DNA from: Macrostomum lignano | Lineage: Eukaryota | Length of the DNA stretch: 64,000 nt | NCBI GenBank assembly: GCA_002269645.1 | Contig: NIVC01002577.1 | Coordinates: 1-64,000, forward strand | Direction of reading: 5' to 3' | In this document: piece by piece, positions 26,130 to 43,311 of the stretch | How positions within the stretch are numbered: position 1 is the first letter of the stretch | How the letters are laid out: the number at the start of each line of letters is the position of its first letter | Notes under the pieces: generated by a model | Database searches by the model: none | What the model saw: only the letters and a program-made list of their open reading frames with translations | What the model was told of the DNA's origin: nothing | Translations under genes and position numbers: made by a program

Positions 26130-27332
26130 ATCTCTCTGATTCCCCTCACATCTCTCTGATTCCCCTCACATCTCTCTGATTCCCCTCACATCTCTCTGAT
26201 TCCCCTTACATCTCTCTGATTCCCTCACATCTCTCTGATTCCCCTCACATCTCTCTGATTCCCCCACATCTCTCTGATTCCCCTCACATCTGTCTGATTC
26301 CCCTCACAGCTGTTTCAGATTCCCCTCACAACTGTCTGATTCCCCTCACATCTGTCTGATTCCCCTCACATCTGTCTGATTCCCCTCACAACTGTCTGAT
26401 TCCCCTCACATCTCTCTGATTCCCCTCACACCTGTTTCTGATTCCCCTCACATCTCTATGATTCCCCTCACATCTTTTTCTAATTCCTCTCAAATTTCTG
26501 ATTCCCCTCACATCTGTCTGATTCCCCTCACATCTCTCTGATTCCCCTCACATCTCTCTGATTCCCTCACATCTCTCTGATTCCCCTCACATCTCTCTGA
26601 TTCCCCTTACATCTCTCTGATTCCCCTCACATCTCTCTGATTCCCCTCACATCTCTCTGATTCTCCTTACATCTCTTTGATTCCCCTTACATCTCTCTGA
26701 TTCCCCTCACATCTCTCTGATTCCGCTCACATCTCTCTGATTCCGCTCACATCTCTCTGATTCTCCTTACATCTCTCTGATTCCCCTCACATCTCTCTGA
26801 TTCCCCTCACATCTCTCTGATTCCCCTCACATCTCTCTGATTCCCCTCACATCTCTCTGATTCCCCTCACATCTCTCTGATTCCCCTCACATCTCTCTGA
26901 TTCCCCTCACATCTCTCTGATTCCCCTCACATCTCTCTGATTCCCCTCACATCTCTCTGATTCCCCTCACATCTCTCTGATTCCCCTCACATCTCTCTGA
27001 TTCCCTCACATCTCTCTGATTCCCCTCACATCTCTCTGATTCCCCTCACATCTCTCTGATTCCCCTCACATCTCTCTGATTCCCCTCACATCTCTCTGAT
27101 TCCCCTCACATCTCTCTGATTCCCCTCACATCTCTCTGATTCCCCTCACATCTCTCTGATTCCCCTCACATCTCTCTGATTCCCCTCACATCTCTCTGAT
27201 TCCCTCACATCTCTCTGATTCCCCTCACATCTCTCTGATTCCCCTCACATCTCTCTGATTCCCCTCACATCTCTCTGATTCCCCTCACATCTCTCTGATT
27301 CCCCTCACATCTCTCTGATTCCCCTCACATCT
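26130..27332. repeat. 20-bp minisatellite (ATCTCTCTGATTCCCCTCAC)n
   Basis: Direct reading. Confidence 0.95.
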
Positions 27333-27839
27333 CGTTCTACTTTTTCCTGCTTGAGGTCTGGTTGGCAAGAGGCTGAAAAATTTTAGCAGAGAAAAACCAA
27401 AACTATTCTAAGCAGAACTGTATTGTTTCAGAGGCTTTTTCTGTCCAGAGCTTTATTGATTCTGCACCAATTGGCGACTCTTAAGTCTCCGTGAGTCTTT
27501 TGCATAAATAAATAGTCAGTGGGTCTCTCCAGCTGCATACAGAATTAGGGCACTGGAATAGGTGCAATAGAGGAGCATATTTAAAAGCAGAGAAAAAGCA
27601 AAAAAAGCTGATTTTTCTCGGTTGGATTAAAATCTAAATAATTAAGCCCTGGAGTTGCTGCTGACAGAAAAGTTTAAAGTACTGAGTGTCATTAAATTCG
27701 TTTTGTAAATTATAACAATCATATGTGAATAGAAATTTTTATAATGATAGATTCAACTTATTAATAGAAGAAAAAGGGTAAAAACAAAGAGAATTTTAGT
27801 TAAAAACTGGAGAAAAATCTTTTCAATTTTGCATTTTAC

Positions 27840-28570
27840 AACCATCCGTCACTCCAACAAGCATCCGTCACTCCTGCAAGCATTCGTCACTCCTGCAAGC
27901 ATTCGCCACTCCTGCAAGCATCCGTCACTCATACAACTGTCCGTTACTCCTACAAGCATCCGTCACTCCTACAAGCATCCTTCACTCTTACAAGCATTGT
28001 CACTCTTACAAGCATCCGTCACTCCTACAACCGTCCGTCACTCCTACAACCGTCCGTCACTCCTACAAGCATCCGTCACTCCTACAACCGTCCGTCACTC
28101 CTACAACCGTCCGTCACTCCTACAAGCATCCGTCACTCCTACAACCGTCCGTCACTCCTACAAGCATCCGTCACTCCTACAACCGTCCGTCACTCCTACA
28201 AGCATCCGTCACTCCTACAAGCATCCGTCACTCCTACAACCGTCCGTCACTCCTACAAGCACCCGTCACTCCTACAACCGTCCGTCACTCCTACAAGCAT
28301 CCGTCACTCCTACAACCGTCCGTCACTCCTACAAGCATCCGTCACTCCTACAAGCATCCGTCACTCCTACAACCGTCCGTCACTCCTACAAGCATCCGTC
28401 ACTCCTACAAGCATCCGTCACTCCTACAACCGTCCGTCACTCCTACAAGCACCCGTCACTCCTACAACCGTCCGTCACTCCTACAAGCATCCGTCACTCC
28501 TACAACCGTCCGTCACTCCTACAAGCATCCGTCACTCCTACAACCGTCCGTCACTCCTACAAACGTCCGT
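27840..28570. repeat. 18-bp minisatellite (CCGTCACTCCTACAAGCAT/ACC variants) just 3' of the lectin stop
   Basis: Direct reading. Confidence 0.9.
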
Positions 28571-28590
28571 CCCGAACACCCGCCGACCAC

Positions 28591-31329
28591 TCAGGGCGCA
28601 GTCGCGTAGACATACTTCTGCCAATCAGCGCTGGTCTCTACGGCCTCCTCAACCTCGCTGTCGGTGAAGAGCAGCAGGCGGCAGTCGCTAGTCCGTCGGT
28701 TGTACAAAAACGCACCAACGAAGGTTTTCCGCATCTTAGTGGAGGCCCGGAACGCGCAGGCCGCCACACCGCCTTCTGGCTGATCAGAGCCGGTGGTACT
28801 CTGCTCGCTGCAGTAGTCGTTAAACGTGTTGTACGGCGACCGGCGACTAAAACTGGCGGGGCGCCAACCAGCCTGAAGGCGCTGGCATCCCGGCTCCGAC
28901 TCTGGCGCTGGGGTCGGGACTGGCGCCTGGTGGTTGGCATTGGGGGGTTTATGACGTACGCAGTTATACGCACAGGCACACACTCACACAGGGGTGTACA
29001 GCGGCCCTAACTTTATTTATCGTCAGGCATGTACACTCTCTGTGCCTTGGGGGTTGGCCCTCAATGGCGTTAATTGCACGAGCAGAGCCAAGCCGAGATT
29101 CCAATTTAGCCCCAAATTAATGTGACTGCACTTGGAATCGAGCCTGGGCCGCTAACGGGGGTTGGATAAATTGGACTGGATTGGATGAATCTAGTCGGAT
29201 TTATCTAGAGAAGGATAGACAGGGATAGACAGGGATAGACAGGCATAGACAGGGATAGACAGACATAGACAGGGATAGACAGGCATAGACAGGGATAGAC
29301 AGGGATAGACAGGCATAGACAGGGGATAGACAGGGGATAGAAAGGGATAGGCAGGGGATAGAAAGGGGATAGACAGGTAATAAAATAGACAGAGGATAGA
29401 GGGATAGATAGGGGATAGAGAGATAGAAAGGGGATAGACAGGGATAGACAGGGATAGACAGGAATAGACAGGGGATAGACAGGGGATAGACAGGGATAGA
29501 CAGGGATAGACAGGGATAGACAGGGGATAGACAGGGATAGAAAGGGATAGACAGGGATAGACAGGGATAGACAGGGGATAGACAGGGATAGAAAGGGATA
29601 GGCAGGGGATAGACAGGGATAGACAGGGATAGACAGGGATAAACAGGGGAAAAAGGGATAGGGGACTATATTGGATTGGATAGAACAGATTGGGCTGGAT
29701 CAGATAAACTGGATTAGCAGTGGAAGGATGAAGCAATATTGTGGGTGACGATGCATAAATGATAACTTGGCTTTTTGCATCAAACTGGGGAATGGAGGGA
29801 AATAAGCTGGAGAGGAATGAAAAAATAGCTAATGGCCGATGGAAAGGAAGCTGGATTTGAAGAGTCATAAACATGCGGGCTCATAAAAACTTAATCTATT
29901 AGAGCTAAATTCACAATCGCATGCAACGCATAAACACTTTAGGTAGGGTAGCTCATTGTGCAGTTGTGCAATTGTTGCAAAAGTTTTTTTAGCTAATAGA
30001 TGGCTTGATTGACAAAAAACTTAAAACAATGGCGCCTAACACGGGCAGTTAGTCAGGCTAACTGGCAATCAATCAACTTGGCACGGCTGCACCTACGAGC
30101 GTAGGCTGCCTACCTACCCCCTACACAGTTAGCCTACCTGACAGTCAGCCTACCTGACACACAGAGAACCTACCTGACACATAGTGAACCTACCTGACAC
30201 ACAATGAACCTACCTGACACACAGTGAACCTGACACACAGTGAACCTACCTGACACACAGTGAACCTACCTGACACACAGTGAACCTACCTGACACACAG
30301 TGAACCTACCTGACACACAGGGAACCTACCTGACACACAGGGAACCTACCTGACACACAATGAACCTACCTGACACACAGGAAACCTACCTGACACACAG
30401 TGAACCTACCTGACACACAGGGAACCTACCTGACACACAGGGAACCTACCTGACACACAATGAACCTACCTGACACACAATGAACCTACCTGACACACAG
30501 TGAACCTACCTGACACATAGTGAACCTACCTGACACACAATGAACCTACCTGACACACAGTGAACCTGACACACAGTGAACCTACCTGACACACAATGAA
30601 CCTACCTGACACACAGTGAACCTACCTGACACACAGTGAACGTACCTGACACACAATGAACCTACCTGACACACAGTGAACCTACCTGACACATAGTGAA
30701 CCTACCTGACACACAATAAACCTACCTGACACACAGTGAACCTGACACACAGTGAACCTACCTGACACACAATGAACCTACCTGACACACAGTGAACCTA
30801 CCTGACACACAGTGAACGTACCTGACACACAATGAACCTACCTGACACACAGGAAACCTACCTGACACACAATGCCAGCCACATCCGTGCAGTCCACATC
30901 GTCCAGTCCGTCGCCTCCCTTGACCAGCAGGCAGTCTTGGTTGTCGCCCAGATTGTTGGGCCTCCCGCTGCGCCAGACGCTGTTCGCCACCGCCAGATTG
31001 CCGCGCCCGTTGACGAGCCGCCAGTCGGTCCTGTCGGTGTCGCGCTCGTCGGCGAGGTCGGCGGCGCCAATCCAGAGGCGCGGCGTGAAGCTGGCTAGCG
31101 CCGAAATGGCGCCGGAGTCGGTGACGAGCTCGGCGCCAAGCAGAGCGCACTGGCGATTCGCTTCGCAGAATGTCACCTGAGGCTCCTGACGGATGAAGGT
31201 GCACACGGTTGAGGACAAATTCTTGCTGAAGCCAGGTGGACAGGCGCTGGTGGCTGCCTCAGACAGGTCAGTTAGCAGCTGCACAAGCAGCAAAAATAGC
31301 TTTGAATTGTCAAGGCCGAGTGGCTTCAT
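28591..31329 (-). CDS. Secreted C-type lectin domain + PAN/apple-like domain protein, ~267 aa
   Basis: Exon 31329-30862: signal peptide, then CPPGF...C...A...C...GAEL...LWIG...W...RPNN...DC...DDVDC...IVC (C-type lectin fold). Exon 28926-28591, phase 0, acceptor ccag|GCG: AACAFRAS...AFLYNRRTSDCRLL (PAN/apple-like; inference). Confidence 0.85.
28950..29160 (-). mobile_element. SINE family A, 5'-truncated copy in the lectin intron
   Basis: Reverse complement begins gcggcccaggctcgattccaagtgcagtcac, matching 46624 onward; the shared body continues to gcgtacgt. Confidence 0.75.
29215..29650. repeat. 10-bp minisatellite (GGGATAGACA)n
   Basis: Direct reading; same unit at 32630-33920. Confidence 0.9.
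30130..30870. repeat. 20-bp minisatellite containing the lectin exon-1 splice donor
   Basis: Minus-strand unit GTGTGTCAG|GTAGGTTCACT; the first unit is the real exon/intron junction at 30862/30861. Confidence 0.92.
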
Positions 31330-31584
31330 CGCTGAGTTCACTGCTCTGTCCGCCAGCGGGTGGAGGTTGCCAGGGAATTTATAGCCATAAAACGGTTCCT
31401 ATGAGCCATTGGTTTGCAGTCTTCGGGTCCCTATAGAACTCTCAGCTATTTATTTCACCTTGCTTGACCGCTTTATACTACTCATTCAGGCTGAGTAGCA
31501 TTATGCTGACATGCTGGAGATGACACACTGGAATCATTTTTCTAGTTTGAGCTCACCTGGCTAGCACACAGCATCAAGGAAGGA

Positions 31585-32160
31585 GGGAATTGGAGGGAGG
31601 GAATTGGATGAAGGGAATCGAATGGAGGGAATTGGATGGAGGGAATCGGATGGAGGGAATTGGATGGAGGGAATCGGATGGAGGGAATCGAATGGAGGGA
31701 ATTGGAGGGAGGGAATCGAATGGAGGGAATTGGATGGAGGGAATCGGATGGAGGGAATTGGACGGAGGGAATTAGATAGATGGAATTAGATAGAGAGAAT
31801 TGGATGGAGGGAATTGGACGGAGGGAATTAGATAGATGGAATTAGATAGAGAGAATTGGATGGAGGGAATTGGATGGAGGGAATTAGATAGATGGAATTA
31901 GATAGAGAGAATTGGATGGAGGGAATTGGACGGAGGGAATTAGATAGATGGAATTAGATAGAGAGAATTGGATGGAGGGAATTGGATGGAGGGAATCGGA
32001 TGAAGGGAGTTTGGTGTAGGGATTAGAAGGAGGGAATTGAAAAAAGGCAATTGGATAGAGGGAATCGTAAGGAGAGAATTGTATGGAGAGAATTAGATGG
32101 AGAGAATTAGATGGAGGGAATTGGATGGAGGGAATTTGATACAGGGAATTTGATACAGGG
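31585..32160. repeat. 15-bp minisatellite (GGATGGAGGGAATT/C)n
   Basis: Direct reading. Confidence 0.9.
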
Positions 32161-32629
32161 ATTCACCTGGCAAACACACAAAATCACACTGAGCTCACCT
32201 GGAGTCCAACTATGGAGTCTTACAAGACTGACCTTCCACATTGCTAATCAAAGAGCAACCTAACTAATAAATCAAAGTGAGTAAAAATTTCCTGTCGAAA
32301 AAATGCGAAATGCCTCGAAAAAGTTTTTCCCTAAAAATTTTCCAATCACTGGCGGGAAATTCTGCGCTAAAAGGAAAAGTAATTAACTGGGGATCTGTTG
32401 ACAGCTTCTTCCTTCCTTTCTTCTAAGGACTCAACAAATCTCTTTGGGAAAAGCTTTCAGACGCGGTTAATTACTAATCCTTTGAGCAACCGATGGAAAG
32501 ATTTATCTGAGCCGGAATTAGTCTGTGCAGCTTTGCAATTCAATAATCTGTGAGCAGGGCTGTGTTAAATCAGATTAGCTGCTCCAATTGAGAGACGGTG
32601 CTGTGCGGCAGGCAGGAATTTGGAACGCG

Positions 32630-33920
32630 AAGAGGGATGGACAGGGATAGACAGGGATAGACAGGGATAGACAGGGATAGACAGGGATAGACAGGGATAG
32701 ACAGGGACAGACAGGGATAGACAGGGATAGACAGGGATAGACAGGGATAGACAGGGAAGAGGGATAGACAGGAATAGACAGGGATGGACAGAGATAGACA
32801 GGGATGGACAGGGATAGACAGGGAAAGACAGGGATAGACAGGGATAGACAGGGATAGACAGGAATAGACAGGGATAGACAGGGATAGACAGGGATAGGCA
32901 GGTATAGACAGGGATAGACAGGGATAGACAGGGATAGACAGGGAAAGACAGGGATAGACACGGATAGACAGGGATGGACAGGGATAGACAGGGATAGACA
33001 GGGATGGACAGGGATGGACAGGGATAGACAGGGATGGACAGGGATAGACAGGGAAAGACAGGGATAGACAGGGATAGACAGGGATAGACAGGGATAGACA
33101 GGGACAGACAGGGATAGACAGGGATAGACAGGGATAGACAGGGATAGACAGGGAAGAGGGATAGACAGGAATAGACAGGGATGGACAGGGATAGACAGGG
33201 ATGGACAGGGATAGACAGGGATAGACAGGGATAGACAGGGGATAGACAGGGACAGACAGGGATAGACAGGGATAGACAGGGATAGACAGGGATAGACAGG
33301 GAAGAGGGATAGACAGGAATAGACAGGGATGGACAGAGATAGACAGGGATGGACAGGGATAGACAGGGAAAGACAGGGATAGACAGGGATAGACAGGGAT
33401 AGACAGGGATAGACAGGGAAGAGGGATAGACAGGGATAGACAGGGATAGACAGAGATAGACAGGGATGGACAGGGATAGACAGGGAAAGACAGGGATAGA
33501 CACGGATAGACAGGGATGGACAGGGATAGACAGGGATAGGCAGTTATAGACAGGGATAGGCAGGGATAGACAGGGATAGACAGGGATGGACAGGGATGGA
33601 CAGGGATAGACAGGGATGGACAGGGATAGACAGGGAAAGACAGGGATAGACAGGGATAGACATGGATAGACATAGGATAGACACGGATAGACAGGGATGG
33701 ACAGGGATGGACAGGGATAGACAGGGATAGACAGGGATAGACAGGAATAGACAGGGATAGACAGGGATAGACAGGGATAGGCAGGTATAGACAGGGATAG
33801 ACAGGGATAGACAGGGATAAACAGGGATAGACAGGAATAGACAGGGATAGACAGGAATAGACAGGGATAGACAAGGGATAGACAGGAATAGACAGGGATA
33901 GACAGGGATAGAGGGACAGA
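32630..33920. repeat. 10-bp minisatellite (GGGATAGACA)n, ~1.3 kb
   Basis: Direct reading. Confidence 0.95.
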
Positions 33921-34519
33921 AAGTGGATAGAGGGGTTGAGATTGGATAGAGGTATAGAGAGTGGATGCATAAATAACAAGATGAGAGCTATACACTCGTT
34001 CGGCTCTTGTATAAAATTGCTCAAAGTTTACAGCAGAAAAAAGTCTGAAATGAAATTCGAAAACCGTTCTCAAAAAAAGTACAGAAAAGGTGAAATGAAA
34101 GAAAAGAAATGGCCGACATTTTTGATGGATGATGTTTACCGAGCAAGTCCAGTTTAAGCAGAATAGTCACGTGACTTGCGCTCAAGTCGCCTGAAGGGCA
34201 CACAAAGGGGTTTTGCTTGTAATTGCCTCGACTGGAAGTGAAGAATGTTTTGCTCCAAGGCAAGCAACTGTTGAGTGGCTACAATACAAGATCACAGCTC
34301 ACTGCGTTATTCTGCCCCCGCTGGTTTCCCAGCTTCTCTACTGCAACATCGTTAAATTGCCATGAGAATTGTACGAAGACAAAAACAATTCTTTTTCAAA
34401 CCACTCAATGTCATCGTTAGCAATCTTAGTTGTTCGCTCAGCACCGCGTTACTCGCTAATTACAGCTTTCGCTGGTCCCAGGGCCGCGAGACTGCAGTCT
34501 CGAGCACTGACAGCCTACC

Positions 34520-35165
<646 letters not shown>

Positions 35166-35666
35166 GTTTGTCAAAAGATATTCACTATTTATAACAAAAT
35201 TAGAGCATAAAATATTTATGTTAATGTTCTGAGAATTGTCGAATTTTTTATTTACTGATTTTAATATATAGTTCTGAAGTCTGAATTTTAAATATGTGCG
35301 TATGTAAAGTATGTATTTTAGAATTATTTGCTTTATCGTACTGTTACACATGCGAGAAAATGTGCGTTTGCGATTTCATTTCGGTAACTCAGAGCGAAGC
35401 TAGTATTTGGGGATTGTTTCATTAGCTAAGCGTGCAGTTGCGCTGCAAAAATATTTTGTGGCGATCAGAAAACGGTGAAGTTCTACTTAGTTAAAACGCT
35501 TTAAAAATAGCTTATAGTCGGCTACAGGCTGTGTGCTTAAATAGGCGGGAAAGTCTGTGCTTGGGGAAAAAACTATGAAGTGTCAACAGTAAAAGTTTTT
35601 ACTCGGTTCGAACTTAGACAACTTTCAAATATTGGTATCCATGGCTCGAGGATAACTGCCCAAGCT

Positions 35667-37575
35667 TCACAGTCCGCGCTGGATGACCGGAATGATGCCC
35701 TGAAGCAGCTTCACCCACACGGCCTTGTTGTCCACGAAGGCCTTGCCGAGTCGGCGCTCGAATACAACAGCCAGGGCCGCGTTGAGGTCCTGCGGAATGC
35801 GGGGCAGTGGGAGGCGTGAATGGCTGCGGTGAGGGGTGAATGGCTGCGGTGAAGGGTGAATGGCTGCGGTGAGGGGTGAATGGCTGCGGTGAGGGATGAA
35901 TGGGTGTGGAGAGGGGTGAATGGCTGCGGTGAGGGGTGAATGGATGCAATGAGGGGTGAATGGATGCGGTGAGGGGTGAAGGGCTGCAGTGAGGGGTGAA
36001 TGGCTGCAGTGAGGGGTGAATGGCTGCAGTGAGGGGTGAATGGCTGCAATGAGGGGTGAATGGATGCGGTGAGGGGTGAATGGCTGCGGTGAGGGGTGAA
36101 TGGCTGCGGTGAGGGGTGAATGGATGCGGTGAGGGGTGAATGGCTGCGGTGAGGGGTGAATGGATGCGCTGAGGGGTAAATGGATGCAGTGAGGGGTGAA
36201 TGGATGCGCTGAGGGGTGAATGGATGCAGTGAGGGGTGAATGGATGCAGTGAGGGGTGAATGGATGTGGTGAGGGCTGAATGTATGCGATGAGGGGTGAA
36301 TGGGTTCGGAGAGGGATGAATGGATACGATGAGGGGTGAATGGATACGATGAGGGGTGAATGGATGCGCTGAGGGGTGAATGGATGCAGTGAGGGGTGAA
36401 TGGATGCAGTGAGGGGTGAATTGATGTGGTGAGGGCTGAATGTATGCGATGAGGGGTGAATGGGTTCGGAGAGGGATGAATGGATGCGATGAGGAGTGAG
36501 GGCCTCACCTCGAAGTGCTTCGCGGAAAGGTGGTGGCTCTTGTGCGAGGCGCCGATGAGCTCCAGAGAGCTGGCGCACACCTCCATGTCGTCCAGACTCT
36601 GGATGGCGCCGTCCAGCGTGTTGACCACCCGCAGCGCGTGGGCCCGCATTTTCGGCATTTTCTCCAGCTCGGCCCGGCTCTTGCCTTTGAAGTCGCGGAA
36701 CAGTTCCTGGTGCTGGGGGAACATCTCGAACAGGCTGCGGATGATGAGGGGTGAGTCAGTGCTGTGAATGTATGTCAGTGTGCCAATGTATGCCAGTGTG
36801 CCAATGTATGTCAGTGTGCCAATGTATGTCAGTGTGCTAATGTATGTCTGTGTGCCAATGTATGCCAGTGTGCCAATGTATGTCAGTGTGCCAATGTATG
36901 TCAGTGTGCCAATGTATGTCAGTGTGCCAATGTATGTCAGTGTGCCAATGTATGTCAGTGTGCTAATGTATGTCAGTGTGCCAATGTATGTCAGTGTGCT
37001 AATGTATGTCTGTGTGCCAATGTATGCCAGTGTGCCAATGTATGTCAGTGTGCCAATGTATGTCAGTGTGCCAATGTATGTCAGTGTGCCAATGTATGCC
37101 AGTGTGCCAATGTATGTCTGTGTGCCAATGTATGTCAGTGTGCCAATGTATGCCAGTGTGCCAATGTATGTCAGTGTGCCAATGTATGTCAGTGTGCCAA
37201 TGTATGTCAGTGTGCTAATGTATGTCTGTGTGCCAATGTATGCCAGTGTGCCAATGTATGTCAGTGTGCCAATGTATGTCAGTGTGCCAATGTATGTCAG
37301 TGTGCCAATGTATGCCAGTGTGCCAATGTATGTCTGTGTGCCAATGTATGTCAGTGTGCCAATGTATGCCAGTGTGCCAATGTATGTCAGTGTGCCAATG
37401 TATGTCAGTGTGCCAATGTATGCCAGTGTGCCAATGTATGTCAGTGTGCCAATGTATGTCAGTGTGCCAATATTTGCCCTTACGTCATAAAGACGTCCAT
37501 TCCAAGGGCCTTCTTATCCTTGATTGCTTGCTGCCAGCCGCTCAGGATAATCTTCTTCTCAACCTCGTTAAGCAT
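35667..37575 (-). CDS. Globin (single-domain, intracellular), copy 2, 146 aa
   Basis: Exons 37575-37484, 36734-36509, 35789-35667. Introns at the classic globin positions B12.2 and G7.0. A12 Trp (SGW), CD-corner Phe (ELFRDF), E7 His (RAHAL), F8 His (GASHK). No signal peptide. Confidence 0.95.
35815..36495. repeat. 20-bp minisatellite (GAGGGGTGAATGGCTGCGGT)n filling globin-2 intron 2
   Basis: Direct reading. Confidence 0.92.
36765..37470. repeat. 18-bp minisatellite (ATGTATGTCAGTGTGCCA)n filling globin-2 intron 1
   Basis: Direct reading. Confidence 0.95.
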
Positions 37576-38038
37576 GACGAACTGCTTGAATAGCTTTCTG
37601 GTTAGCAACTGCAGACTAAGTTTGCTTTGAGCTGTCTACTGAATTTTCGTTACCAAAGAACAGAAGCTGCGGCCTCTTTTGTAACCCCCGCAGTCTTGCT
37701 GTGTCCCCCTTCCAGGGCATCGGTTGGCCCTGGCTGACAAGTGGAATTTGTTGACTTCTCTGACAGTTCAGTTACATCGCTGTCTACTTATAGTACGAAA
37801 GTAAGAATTTTTTTGCTATATTTCTAAGCGAAAAAAACTGAACACAACGAGAAACAGGAAAATTGTCAATCAAAGGTTGACCTCAACTGGTAAAAACCGA
37901 TTTTTTATTGCTGTGAGCGCTCGTGTCTCATCTGATACGAGGGAATCAGTATTGAATATTTAAATAACTTAATGGCTGAATTTCAGTTATAGTCTGCTGT
38001 TAGAATTTTCAGTGCCTGCATGGGTTGCAGCGCCAGCC

Positions 38039-41409
<3,371 letters not shown>

Positions 41410-42825
41410 GTCTGTCGGCTCACTGAATTATCTAAACACTTGTAAATGTGTCGGATATCTGCGATAATAACGCAAATTTAGCTGTGCTGCATTTGCCAAG
41501 TTCACTGACAAACAACAAGACGATTTGTTATAAGCAAGCTTCAATAGCACCCACCCCCACCCAAAGGGCTAAAACACCAACCTATAGTGTTACATTTAAG
41601 TCAAGACAGAGCTGAGACGTGCGGAGAGCAATGGAAAATGAGCACACGTGCAGAGTCAAAATCACGATTGATAGTACACGCAGTAAAAGCGCACGCCCAA
41701 CCCCCAGGCGTGGACGCTTTTAATAGAATTCGCACTACTTTTAGTAGCCAACCAAAATCAATGATTTGTATGTTGTATCACTTGGTTTAATTTAAGAGCG
41801 TTTGAAGGTCAAAAGATATGGTTTTCTTACAGTTTGCATAGTTACATACTTCTGCAGTTAGAAGCAAATTTACTCTTGAAACTTTAAACCTAGTCAGACA
41901 TCTATTTCTACTATAGTAAATCGCCCAGAACTGACAGGCGCAGCTGCTTAACCTACTTTATATACTACTTTTAGTACTATAACCCAAAGTAAATACACCG
42001 ACGGACTCGTAGCAGGGTTGATAACAGAGCGATAATGCGCCTGAGACTCTCAACCCAAGCCTCGGGTCAAATTTCTGGGGACATACTGTACGTGTACATA
42101 AAAATTATCTTAATTACTTGTATTAACAATTTGAAAACCTAAATTGCCTTTTTGTGCGTATCATACATTTTCTGATGACGAGAAACCTGAGGACAAAACA
42201 GTGATTGGACCTGTTTGGTCTGTGATTGGCCTTTCTACCATAGACAAAAACTCAATCACTTTGGCAAACATCTCTGATTAAATATTTAATCCGATTGGTT
42301 ATTTAACTGACGTTTAATGGCCGCCTTTGCAGCAAGGAATCAGCAGTCTATGGTAAAACTACTTCTATACCGGGATGATTTGATGTCGCAAATAGAAAAC
42401 GATAGAAAGCGAAAACAAATAACGCACAACTAATAGTACATTAATACTATAAGTTAACCTAACGTAAGTGTAACCTAACGGCGCCCTCTGATTTTCTTAT
42501 TAACGCCCTTAAAGCATGGGTATTACTATTATTGTGCCATAGACATCTGTGTCCTTGACAAAGTGGGACAGAAAAATCGGGCGTTAAATGTCATTGTTCA
42601 AAATGTCTATGGTAATTTAGTTCAAGGCAATGACATTCATACAATGACCGGTCATTGTTTGGAATTTTTAGAAGTGGTATAATTTTTTAAGTTAACGCGT
42701 ATATTTTAAACTGAACATATAACAATCAAAAGCACACTTTTAGCTATAGTTAATTCGTCGCACAAATGTCTCACAAAATTTAGTTGAACTTGCATTGATT
42801 AAAGGTGCATCCATTGAAACTGAAC

Positions 42826-43311
42826 TTAGCCACAGGTTGTCGCGACTATTGAAGCCGGTAAAGCATAGGCCCGATTGGATGGAGACAGTGGCATCCGAGC
42901 CAGGAGCAGGGAATATGACTTTCCATCCTGCCGCTTCAATTTAAAGTAGAAGTACCTTAAGTACTGATTGAGGGTTTCGGCCGGCACTTCTGAAACGTCT
43001 CGTAGTTTCTCACTCGCTAGGAAATTAAGGAAGCGTTCACCGTGAATGTACATCTGCTTCCTCGTTTCGACAGGTAGGCTTTCAATTTCTACTCGATCCA
43101 TCTCGTTAACATCAAGTTGCTCGCCATCTAGGCACGGCAGTTCATCGTTAGAACAATCACTTTGAATGTAGTCAAGGAACGCGGCATAGTCATCGTCCCG
43201 TAGGTCGATGTTAAAAGTCTCGGAAATAAAGTTCAGTTCGAACGAGTCGACATTGCCTAATTCGTCGATAGGCAGATTGCGCCAATTGATTGGAAAATGA
43301 ATGCCTTCCAT
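42826..43311 (-). mobile_element. Crypton-like (tyrosine-recombinase transposon) N-terminal ORF fragment
   Basis: Translation ...SLPVETRKQM...FLNFL...AETLNQYLRYFYFKLKRQDGKSYS resembles the CryptonA/DUF3504-associated N-terminal region. Truncated; surrounded by CCATAGAC/GTCTATGG motifs. Confidence 0.55.

Noticed and set aside
22243-27332. Regular 20-21-bp arrays as CRISPR-like
   Set aside because: Head-to-tail repeats with no unique spacers, no cas genes, and a eukaryotic intron/exon context.
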